Positions 56,139 to 64,000 of a stretch of 64,000 bases of DNA are shown here, one piece after another. The notes beneath the pieces were generated by a model, which was given only the letters and a program-made list of their open reading frames with translations, made no database searches and was not told the origin of the DNA. Each line of letters begins with the position of its first letter. Within the stretch, counting starts at the first letter, position 1. The stretch is from contig JACQSY010000016.1 of the NCBI GenBank assembly GCA_016211085.1, positions 20,501 to 84,500 of the forward strand. The letters run 5' to 3'. A program made the translations under genes and the position numbers. The stretch comes from Acidobacteriota bacterium. GTDB taxonomy: Bacteria > Acidobacteriota > UBA6911 > RPQK01 > JACQSY01.

Positions 56139-57464
56139 ATGGACGCCGTGTTGAAATTACTGAAGAAGGTGGGTCCTGGCGCCATCGTGGCTTCAGCGAC
56201 CATAGGCGCCGGAGAAACCGTGTTGGCCGTACGGGTAGGGGCGTGGGGAGGCTACGAACTGCTTTGGCTGGTTCTCCTGGCTGCACTTACAAAATCATTT
56301 CTGACCTTGTACTTACTGGGGCGTTATGCGGCGGTCAGCGGGGAGCCGGTCGCCAATCGTCTGGTGGAGCTTCCGGGTCCGCGCGGTTGGTTCTTGTGGC
56401 TGGTGCTGCTCCTGGAAGGTATGGTTGCACCCTTTGTTTTCGTAGTGATTGCGGTGCCCTGCGGACAGCTCGTGAGCAATATTCTTGCGGCGGTGGGTTG
56501 GGAGGTTTCCTACAAATGGCTGGCCATGCTGCTGGCTGCAGCCGCCATCATTGTAGGAGTGATGCAATCCTTCAACGCCCTGGAAAAATCCCAAATGGCG
56601 GTTTGCTTAATCCTGATTTTCGGAACCGTAGGCGCTACCCTGCTGGTCAGGCCCGATCTGTGGGCCATTTTGAGAGGATTATTTCAGGTCGGCTATTTTC
56701 CGGATTATCCAGCCTGGGCCCCCGCTGAAATTAAATCACGGAACCAACTGCTGGAGATGGCCTCTGTTTTTGGTTACTGCGGAAGCATTCCCATGAACTA
56801 TATCGTGTACTCGAACTGGGTCTTGATGAAAGGATGGATCAGCAGGGGCACCTCACGAAAACGCGATGCCTTGCATGCCGATCTACAGCCTTTGCGATGG
56901 GACGTGGGATTCAATGCGATTTCAGTCTTTGTGGTTACCGCGTCCTTCATGGTGGCAGGCGCCGCCATACTCAAACCCTTACACCGGATTCCCGATGGCT
57001 ACGATTTACTGACGGAACAAGCGTTAATTTTTGGGCGTATTTCAAGTTGGATGGTTCCTCTCTACTTTATAACCATTCTGGCGGCTTTATGGGGAACCAT
57101 GAACACGCTTCCCGATATCTATTCACGCGGCGCTCATAGCTTTTTGACCCAAGTCGCCCCCCGTTTTAAGAGCGTCTCTTACCAAAGTGTCGCAAGGATC
57201 TTTGGAGTGGTAATGCTGCCGTTGACAGCCATCTTTATCTGGACTGAGACCACGCCGATCGTGATGATCGACCTGGTGGCTTTGTTCAGCACCAATATAG
57301 GAGTGGGGCTTACCTGCGTGGCTGCTCTCTGGTTGGACCGGCAACTCGCTCCTGAAAAAAGAGTCTCCCGCTGGCTCTACTGGCCGGCCGTGGCAGCAGC
57401 GGTTGTTATTAACGTGATGTCGTTGATCTCAGCAGGCGCCGTTATTGAAAAATACCTGTATTGA
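56139..57464 (+). CDS. Nramp-superfamily-like transporter with a non-canonical first metal-site motif
   Basis: ~11 TM helices. The N-terminus KKVGPGAIVASATIGAGETVLAV aligns with the Nramp GPG...DPGN block, but reads GAGE where DPGN is expected. Start at ATG 56139 (track ORF starts at 55968). Confidence 0.65.
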   Translation: MDAVLKLLKKVGPGAIVASATIGAGETVLAVRVGAWGGYELLWLVLLAALTKSFLTLYLLGRYAAVSGEPVANRLVELPGPRGWFLWLVLLLEGMVAPFVFVVIAVPCGQLVSNILAAVGWEVSYKWLAMLLAAAAIIVGVMQSFNALEKSQMAVCLILIFGTVGATLLVRPDLWAILRGLFQVGYFPDYPAWAPAEIKSRNQLLEMASVFGYCGSIPMNYIVYSNWVLMKGWISRGTSRKRDALHADLQPLRWDVGFNAISVFVVTASFMVAGAAILKPLHRIPDGYDLLTEQALIFGRISSWMVPLYFITILAALWGTMNTLPDIYSRGAHSFLTQVAPRFKSVSYQSVARIFGVVMLPLTAIFIWTETTPIVMIDLVALFSTNIGVGLTCVAALWLDRQLAPEKRVSRWLYWPAVAAAVVINVMSLISAGAVIEKYLY

Positions 57465-57493
57465 CAAAGCGCCGATTTCTGTGGGGACTTAAC

Positions 57494-58312
57494 TTAGATT
57501 AGTTCCCGGTCTACTCGCATCATGCGTTCACCCAGGTGGAGAAGCCGGGCCTTGAGGCTTTCTTCCGCATCGGCGTGCAATTTGCCGCCATCCTTGCTCA
57601 GGAAAAACTGGTCGTGCGCCCGTCCCCCAGGGGTTTCGATATAAGCCATCTCAATATTGCAGCCTTGGTCTGAGATGCAGCGGCTGATTAAATACAGGAG
57701 GCCGAAATGATCGCCGCAGTCCAGGGTGAGGCGCGTGGTCGATGGATGCACGTCATTATCAAAGGAGATCTCAAACTTTTCCTCAGGTGAGAGCATTACG
57801 TCACTCCAACGGCTCTTGAGAAGTGGTTCGAGTTCCAGTTTGCCCTGAATGATCTCTTCCAGGACATGTTGAAAGTTCTGCTTTTGGTTTCCCTGGCTGA
57901 TTCTATTTTCTCTGTCGATAAAGTAAAAAGTGTCCAGAACCAGGGCATGGGCATTGGCAAAAGCTTCGGCCGAAAGAATGTTCATGCCGAAGTAGCTGAG
58001 CGTTCCGGCAATGCGCGCAAACAGGTAACGTCGGTCAGGGGTGATTACACACAGCTTCCAACTCTGACCTTCTCGTGCCAGGGAGGTAATGACCTGCCGG
58101 GTCCCCAGAGTCTCCATCAGCACGTAGTGCTTGACGATCTCTATTTTAGGAGTGCTGATGAGATATTTGCGGGGAAAGCCCAGAACAAAATTAGTGAAAT
58201 GGGGCCGGTCGACCGCGATGGGCAGAGCCTCCAGCAAGGATTGAATCTCAGTGCTGTCAGTGACCGGAAGGTACAAGGATTGGGGCACGTCTGATTCTCG
58301 CATCCGGTTCAA
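57494..58312 (-). CDS. tandem ACT-domain protein resembling the C-terminal part of GlnD
   Basis: 272 aa. Two ACT-like modules (LFARIAGTLSYFGMNILSAEAF and DHFGLLYLISRCISDQGCNIEMAYIET). No nucleotidyltransferase or HD domain. Confidence 0.65.
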   Translation of the reverse strand: MNRMRESDVPQSLYLPVTDSTEIQSLLEALPIAVDRPHFTNFVLGFPRKYLISTPKIEIVKHYVLMETLGTRQVITSLAREGQSWKLCVITPDRRYLFARIAGTLSYFGMNILSAEAFANAHALVLDTFYFIDRENRISQGNQKQNFQHVLEEIIQGKLELEPLLKSRWSDVMLSPEEKFEISFDNDVHPSTTRLTLDCGDHFGLLYLISRCISDQGCNIEMAYIETPGGRAHDQFFLSKDGGKLHADAEESLKARLLHLGERMMRVDRELI

Positions 58313-58408
58313 AAAGGTGTCAAACCTGCAACGGAGCGGCGGAGGGAAGGCGCTCGATTTTGCATCTGAGGGGGAGAACCTCTAACATTAATAGTGAAAG
58401 GATACCTA

Positions 58409-59941
58409 ATGGGTTTTGATAAACAGTTTAATCCGGAAGAGCTGAAACAATACCTCCAGAAGAAGTACGGGAGCGGTGTTCAGGTGGAGTTCTTCCCCAA
58501 AGTCGAACAGGAGGGGACTTCAGAGGATGAGCATTCGGCCTTCAACATTCAGAAGGTGCTGGCTTTCAACTACAAACCCCGCGAGATACGAGAGTATCTG
58601 GACCGGTACGTCATTCAGCAGGACGATGCCAAGAAGGTTTTGTCGACTGCTGTTTGCGACCATTATCATCACATTCAAGGTTGCTCCAAGGAAAGGGACT
58701 GTCGCGATTACAAGAAGCAGAACATCATTCTGATGGGTCCAACCGGCGTGGGGAAGACCTACTTGATTCAAAATTTGGCCCGCCTGGTAGGAGTCCCTTT
58801 TGTTAAGGCGGATGCCACTAAATACAGTGAAACGGGTTACGTCGGAGGCGATGTTGATGACTTGATTCGAGAGCTAGTGCACCAGGCTGGCGGAGACATC
58901 CAGCTTGCTGAATACGGCATTGTTTACCTTGATGAGATCGACAAGCTTGCCACGCCCATCAATGTCCTGGGTCGGGATGTCAGCGGGCATGGAGTGCAGC
59001 GTGGCCTTCTCAAGCTCATGGAGGAGACCGAGGTGCCGCTGCGGTCTCCCACCGACGTTGCCAGTCAGATGCAGGCATTCATGGAGTTCCAGGCCAAGGG
59101 GAAGCTGGAGAAAAAGACAATCAACACGCGTCACATTCTGTTTATTGTGAGCGGCGCCTTCACGGGATTGAGCGAAATCATCAAGCGCCGCATCGGTGCC
59201 AAGCAGATCGGGTTCATGGGAGAGAAGACCACTCTGGAGCGGGAGCACTTTTTGTTCAGCGAAGCCCAGTCGTGCGACTTTATTGAATACGGGTTTGAAG
59301 CTGAATTCATCGGCAGGCTGCCGGTAGTTGTACATTGCAACGCGCTCGAAGTGGCGGACTTCTTCAATATCTTGAAATACTCCGAAGGATCGATCCTGAA
59401 GCAATACAAGAGAGATTTTCTATCCTACGGCATTGAAATCTTTTTTACGGACGATGCCATGATGGCAATTGCAGAGCGCGCTCAGCAGGAACGCACGGGA
59501 GCGCGGGGCTTGATGACCGTCTGTGAAAAGCTGTTCCGGGATTACAAATACGTTTTACCGGATCATCCCGTCAAGGAATTCGTTGTAAACCGGGAAACTG
59601 TGGAAAATCCCGAAGGCAAGCTGCAGGAGTTAATGGCCAATCCAAAACGCGATCATGTACAGGTGGTCCAATTTCGCCTGCTTCGGTTGCAAGAGGAATT
59701 TGCAGCCAAATATGGAATTCAAATCCAATTCACCCGCGATGCTGCTGAACTGCTCTCCGCCAAAGCGGAGGAGGGCCACCAGGATGTCCTCAGCTACTGC
59801 AACGAACTATTCCGCGATTATGAGCACGGTCTCAACTTGCTGAGGAAGAGTTCCGGAAGAGACTCCTTTGTGATTGACAGCAGCACCGTAATGGATCCTG
59901 CAGGGACCCTCGAAAGATGGATCCGGGAAAATTACCGTTAG
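58409..59941 (+). CDS. ClpX-like AAA+ ATPase lacking the N-terminal zinc-finger domain
   Basis: Walker A MGPTGVGKTYL, Walker B IVYLDEIDKL, and ClpX-like blocks ATKYSETGYVGGDVD and GARGL. No CxxC...CxxC N-domain. ATG 58409 lies behind AAGGA (track GTG at 58394). Confidence 0.8.
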   Translation: MGFDKQFNPEELKQYLQKKYGSGVQVEFFPKVEQEGTSEDEHSAFNIQKVLAFNYKPREIREYLDRYVIQQDDAKKVLSTAVCDHYHHIQGCSKERDCRDYKKQNIILMGPTGVGKTYLIQNLARLVGVPFVKADATKYSETGYVGGDVDDLIRELVHQAGGDIQLAEYGIVYLDEIDKLATPINVLGRDVSGHGVQRGLLKLMEETEVPLRSPTDVASQMQAFMEFQAKGKLEKKTINTRHILFIVSGAFTGLSEIIKRRIGAKQIGFMGEKTTLEREHFLFSEAQSCDFIEYGFEAEFIGRLPVVVHCNALEVADFFNILKYSEGSILKQYKRDFLSYGIEIFFTDDAMMAIAERAQQERTGARGLMTVCEKLFRDYKYVLPDHPVKEFVVNRETVENPEGKLQELMANPKRDHVQVVQFRLLRLQEEFAAKYGIQIQFTRDAAELLSAKAEEGHQDVLSYCNELFRDYEHGLNLLRKSSGRDSFVIDSSTVMDPAGTLERWIRENYR

Positions 59942-59980
59942 TGCCCTCTCTCCAAAGGACGTCTTCTTCTAAATAAACCT

Positions 59981-60358
59981 GTGGAATGGCGGCGTGTGCA
60001 GCGTGGCGTGGAGCTTTTTAATGCCGGGCAATTTTACGAGTGCCACGATATGCTCGAAGAAATCTGGCTTGAAGAAGCAGGGGAGGACCAGCTTTTTCTA
60101 CAGGCTTTAATTCAAGCAGCGGTGGCCTTTCATCATTTCCAGCAGGGACATTGGGGAGCGGCGCGATCCATGTTGAAAATGTCTCTCGAAAAATTTGCAG
60201 GCGTGCCGGCTACTCATCGCGCTGCAGCCGGTGAAGTATTCATTCGCCAATTGATGACATGGAAAGAGGCGCTGGATCGGTCGATTTCCTCTCCATCAGA
60301 ACAGTCGCTGCCCAAGGCTTTTCCCAAGATCGCTTTCCGGGCGCCGCAGGAATCTTGA
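59981..60358 (+). CDS. DUF309 domain protein
   Basis: GVELFNAGQFYECHDMLEEIWL...LQALIQAAVAFHH is the DUF309 pattern. Confidence 0.8.
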   Translation: MEWRRVQRGVELFNAGQFYECHDMLEEIWLEEAGEDQLFLQALIQAAVAFHHFQQGHWGAARSMLKMSLEKFAGVPATHRAAAGEVFIRQLMTWKEALDRSISSPSEQSLPKAFPKIAFRAPQES

Positions 60359-62359
60359 TTATTTCTTCAGATACTGCTCCAGCCAGCGGTGGACCTCTCT
60401 CCACCAGATGCGTCGATTACGCGGCTGCAAGACCCAGTGCCCCTCATCTGGAAAATAAACGAAGCGTGCAGGAACATTTTGTCTTTTCAAGGCAGTAAAG
60501 GTTTCAAATCCTTGGGACACGTCGACGCGGTAATCCAGTTGGCCGTGAATGACCAGCAGGGGCGTGCGAAAATCGCCGGCGTAGTTGTGAGGAGACCACC
60601 GGGAATATAACTCTTGGTTTGTCCAGGGCGTTCCGTCGAATTCCCACTCGGGAAACCAGAGTTCGTCCGTCTCGCCATACATACTGACCATATTGAAAAC
60701 CCCATCGTGATTGATGAGGCAAGTGAAGCGATCGGTATGTCCGGCAATCCAATTAATCATGTACCCGCCGTAGGAAGCGCCTGCCGCGGCCACTTTCGCG
60801 GAATCGATGAAGCGGTAATTGTCCAGCAGGTGATCCAGTCCCTTCATGACATCTTCAAATGGATAATCCCCCCAATGTTGAGATATGGAATCTGTGAACT
60901 CCTGGCCGTATCCGGTCGAACCGTGGAAGTTAATCATGGCTACCACGTATCCGGGCGCCGCAAACATTTGATAGTTCCAGCGCGGGTGGAACATGTCCTC
61001 CCAGGCACTTTGGGGTCCCCCGTGTATCAGGTAGACCAACGGATATTTGCGCGCGGGATCAAACTGGGGAGGCTTTAGAAGATATCCGTGGACCGTGTCA
61101 CCCAACGCACCTTTAAACTGAAAACTTTCGAGAGGATTCATGACGAGATGCGACATGAGCTCATCGTTGATGTGAGAGATTTTCCGTAGGCTTCTGTTGT
61201 TCAGATCGAAGGCGAAGAGTTCGGGGGGTTGGTGAGCCTGCTGGCGGCTGAAAACGAGGGTTTTTCCATCCGGGCTCAGTGCCAATCCCTGCTGGTAGCC
61301 CCCCTCCATCAGCCGTTCCCGTTTGCTGTCTTGAAGCGAGATTCGATACGGAACGTTGTTTCCCCGTTCTTCGACCAGCGTGAAAATGAAGTTCTGATCC
61401 GGGGACCAAAAAAGTTCTCCCACGCTCAAGTCCCAGTCCGCGGTCAGGTCACGGTTCGAACCCGTCTGGAGATCCATGATCATAAGGTGATGGCGGTCCG
61501 ATTCAAAGCCAGGGCGCACTTGGGCCCGGTAAGCTATTTGGTTTCCGCCCGGGCTGAATCGAGGGTTGTTATCGTTGGCGCGGTTGGAAAGGGTCAGATT
61601 TCTTTGTGCGCCATCTTCAATGGAGATCAGCACGATGTCGTTATTGGTTCCCACCGCCGGGACGGGGTCGAGGTTGGTTACAACGGCAATTTGCTTGCCG
61701 TCGGGAGTGAAGGAGACATCATGAAAGCCACCAAGAGCCAGAGTGGGGAAATCGTAGTCGTGAGGGGTGAAATCGCGGGCTTTGCCTCCCGTTCTGGGAA
61801 TCAAGAACAAGTGGGAACGCTTTCCCTCTCTCCACTCATCCCAGTGCCGGTAGAAGAGATGTTCCCAAATCTTGACTTCCGTAGGAAACGGGTCCTCGTC
61901 TTTCGCAGGCACCGGCCATGCGACATCGGAGGAATAAACCAGCGACTGCCCGTCGGGTGACCAGGCAAGATTTGAGATGCCTTGGGCGTCTGCAATCTTG
62001 CGCGCTTCGCCTCCATCCGCAGCAATAATGAAGACGCCGGGACCTCCCTCTCGAGTGGAGAAGAAGGCGATGTAGCGTCCATCCGGAGACCAACGTGGCT
62101 GGTTGTCGGTTTTGGCACTGCTGGTCAACTGCCGGGCTGTTCCTCCTGCGAGCGGAATGATCCACAGGTCGCTGTTGCCGCGGTTTTCCTGAAGTGAGTG
62201 GTCGGTAACCACAAAAACCACCCATTTGCCGTCGGGCGAGATTTGCGGGTCAGAGACAGCATCGAGAGAAATAAAATCGTCGAAGCTTATCGCTCTCTGA
62301 GGGTAGACAGGGCAAAGAAGGGCGCTCAGGAGCAAAAGGAGGATCAAAAGGGGACTCAT
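60359..62359 (-). CDS. S9 family serine peptidase (beta-propeller + prolyl-oligopeptidase-type hydrolase)
   Basis: Signal peptide. Repeated SPDG propeller motifs (ISPDGKW, WSPDGRY, WSPDGQS). Nucleophile elbow GASYGGYM and the C-terminal HG...D...EGH region. Confidence 0.9.
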   Translation of the reverse strand: MSPLLILLLLLSALLCPVYPQRAISFDDFISLDAVSDPQISPDGKWVVFVVTDHSLQENRGNSDLWIIPLAGGTARQLTSSAKTDNQPRWSPDGRYIAFFSTREGGPGVFIIAADGGEARKIADAQGISNLAWSPDGQSLVYSSDVAWPVPAKDEDPFPTEVKIWEHLFYRHWDEWREGKRSHLFLIPRTGGKARDFTPHDYDFPTLALGGFHDVSFTPDGKQIAVVTNLDPVPAVGTNNDIVLISIEDGAQRNLTLSNRANDNNPRFSPGGNQIAYRAQVRPGFESDRHHLMIMDLQTGSNRDLTADWDLSVGELFWSPDQNFIFTLVEERGNNVPYRISLQDSKRERLMEGGYQQGLALSPDGKTLVFSRQQAHQPPELFAFDLNNRSLRKISHINDELMSHLVMNPLESFQFKGALGDTVHGYLLKPPQFDPARKYPLVYLIHGGPQSAWEDMFHPRWNYQMFAAPGYVVAMINFHGSTGYGQEFTDSISQHWGDYPFEDVMKGLDHLLDNYRFIDSAKVAAAGASYGGYMINWIAGHTDRFTCLINHDGVFNMVSMYGETDELWFPEWEFDGTPWTNQELYSRWSPHNYAGDFRTPLLVIHGQLDYRVDVSQGFETFTALKRQNVPARFVYFPDEGHWVLQPRNRRIWWREVHRWLEQYLKK

Positions 62360-62400
62360 ACGACCTCCGTTGGGCCTGATGGCCAGGCTTGAGAACTGGC

Positions 62401-63003
62401 TCAGTGGGCGCTGCGCCGGTACACTGTAGCGTAAACGGTCCGGAATGGAGATACGCAGTACGACTCGATCAACTGTTTGCTGGCCATCGGGTGTGCGACG
62501 AGCTTTTCAAGAAATCGTGGCTCCACCTGAAAGGAAAGCCTCATAATATCGGCTTTGTCCTCACGCTTCTCCACCACGAACGCCTGGTCCAGGTTGGGCT
62601 TGATCTTGAAAATTTCCATGTGCGTGTGATTTTTCAGGTCGTAGGGAGTGGAGACCTTCTGCTCTCCAAATTTCTCATAATGGGCCAGCAGGCGGTTGCG
62701 GAATTCTTTGTAAGAAAAATTTTCAACCTTGTTGTTTACACTGACCTCGATAAAAAAATTGTCGCCGTTCCAGCCCGACCGAAGCCCATAAGTGAAATCG
62801 AGGTCCTGCTTGTTGAATTTGATTCGATGGCCGTTCTCATCGTGAAAACGCTTAAGTTCTTCCTCCGTTTTGAGATCCGGTGAAAACGCCAGCCCCTCCT
62901 GAGTCACGTAGAATTGTGAGACGTTCTCGTACCAATCATCGATAATTGCCTTTAAAGTCTCTTCGATCGCCTTTTGTTTTGTTTCCCGCTCTTTCTTGCT
63001 CAT
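62401..63003 (-). CDS. hypothetical protein (orphan-looking)
   Basis: 200 aa from ATG 63003 (MSKKERETKQKAIEE...). The upstream part of the track ORF (to 63378) is antisense to the TPR gene. AT-richer than the surroundings by eye. Confidence 0.5.
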   Translation of the reverse strand: MSKKERETKQKAIEETLKAIIDDWYENVSQFYVTQEGLAFSPDLKTEEELKRFHDENGHRIKFNKQDLDFTYGLRSGWNGDNFFIEVSVNNKVENFSYKEFRNRLLAHYEKFGEQKVSTPYDLKNHTHMEIFKIKPNLDQAFVVEKREDKADIMRLSFQVEPRFLEKLVAHPMASKQLIESYCVSPFRTVYATVYRRSAH

Positions 63004-63108
63004 AGGTATACACCGGATTGTAAACCAGTTTGTCGGCGCATTCCAAACTGTGCGGCCCACCCGATTTGGCGATACAATAGAAACCGACAACTTCAGTGGA
63101 TTCCTGAA

Positions 63109-63885
63109 ATGAGTGTACGAGCAGGAGTGCTTCTCCTCCTGATGGTTCCCGGGCTCGATGCCTGTAGCGGTTCCGCCCGCGTCAATAAGATCGCGATACC
63201 GGTGGAAGACGTAATCCGTTCCTACCGGCTGGCGGCGGAGGGGGATCAGTTGCTGCAAGAGGGGAAAGACCATCTGGCTCTTGCAAAATACCTGGAGGCC
63301 TCGCAGTTGAATCCCACCAATGAGGTCCTTTTTAACAAGCTGGCGGTGGCGTACTCCCGGATCCAAATGATCCCGCAAGCCAAGGCTGCAGTCGACCGTG
63401 CCGTCCGCCTAAACCCCAAATATTCTTATGCTTATAACACCCGCGGCATTGTTTATCTGGCCTTGCAGGATTATTCGAAAGCCACCCAGTCCTTCATTAA
63501 GGCAATCCGCATGGGCCCTCCGGTAGCGGTGTTTTACGTAAACCTGGGCCAGGCCTACATGATGTCTGGGAAGTTCAGCAGGGTACGCGAGGCGTACCAG
63601 GAGGCGCTGAAGCTTGATCCGGATGTGTTCAAGAGAGCGAGTGCGGTTCACTTGCCTTACACCGTCCCCGAAAACGACTCTGAAAAGAATTATGAGATGG
63701 CCAGGGTCTTTGCGGAACTGGGAGACAAGAAAAACTTTCTACAATATTTGGACAAGGCTCTGGCAGAAGGCTTTTCAGACCAGCGGCGCCTCTGGAAGGA
63801 GGCGGCATTTGAACGGTTCAAAACTGACGCTGAATTTGTTGCGTTGTTGGGTCGTTATGGAATGGCGCCTCCTACAGACAGCTGA
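63109..63885 (+). CDS. TPR-repeat lipoprotein
   Basis: Start at MSVRAGVLLLLMVPGLDACSG (lipobox L-D-A-C), followed by several TPR units (AKYLEASQLNPTN, AVDRAVRLNPKYSYAYNTRG, ...). Confidence 0.75.
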   Translation: MSVRAGVLLLLMVPGLDACSGSARVNKIAIPVEDVIRSYRLAAEGDQLLQEGKDHLALAKYLEASQLNPTNEVLFNKLAVAYSRIQMIPQAKAAVDRAVRLNPKYSYAYNTRGIVYLALQDYSKATQSFIKAIRMGPPVAVFYVNLGQAYMMSGKFSRVREAYQEALKLDPDVFKRASAVHLPYTVPENDSEKNYEMARVFAELGDKKNFLQYLDKALAEGFSDQRRLWKEAAFERFKTDAEFVALLGRYGMAPPTDS

Positions 63886-63915
63886 GATGTCCTGACAGAA
63901 GGCCGGTGCCGCTTC

Positions 63916-64000
63916 TCAGTTCAGCATCTTCCTAATCCGCTGCGCGAGTTCTGACCTGCTGATCTTCTGAGGAGCAGGGGAATAACCCGTGACCATTTGA
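63916..64000 (-). CDS. possible 3' end of a minus-strand CDS continuing past the right edge
   Basis: Hand translation gives ...QMVTGYSPAPQKISRSELAQRIRKMLN*, with TGA at 63916-63918. Too short to identify. Confidence 0.2.
   Translation of the reverse strand, partial: QMVTGYSPAPQKISRSELAQRIRKMLN

Overview
This is a 64-kb piece of a high-GC bacterial chromosome. The proteins look Acidobacteria-like to me, but I could not run any search, so that is unverified. Positions 1-21 kb and 35.6-64 kb hold ordinary core genes: purB/purE/purD, pncB, rlmN, mtaB, acpS, galU, serS, add, an sdh operon, modABC, an alpha-glucan phosphorylase, a Glu dehydrogenase, transporters, peptidases and a PAS-GAF histidine kinase. 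The interesting part is 21.06-35.57 kb. An intact tRNA-Ser(UGA) is followed by an 8-repeat CRISPR array, cas2, cas1, two cOA-effector-like genes (CARF-HEPN and CARF-nuclease), cmr1-cmr6-cmr5-cmr4-cmr3-cas10 (type III-B, all on the minus strand, start/stop-coupled) and a CARF-wHTH gene. The block ends at a displaced 58-nt copy of the tRNA-Ser 3' half. The whole CRISPR-Cas system therefore looks like the cargo of a tRNA-integrated island that has no integrase. The locus also has no cas6, an apparent frameshift near the cas10 3' end, a Cmr6 with a long C-terminal extension, and two spacers that appear to target diverged alleles of one gene. Outside the island, the items worth a second look are an 85%-identical inverted repeat pair bracketing a DASS-type transporter gene, and a perfect 20-bp palindrome upstream of an Nramp-like transporter that lacks the DPGN motif. 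All calls rest on reading the supplied translations and the DNA by eye. No database, HMM or folding program was used.
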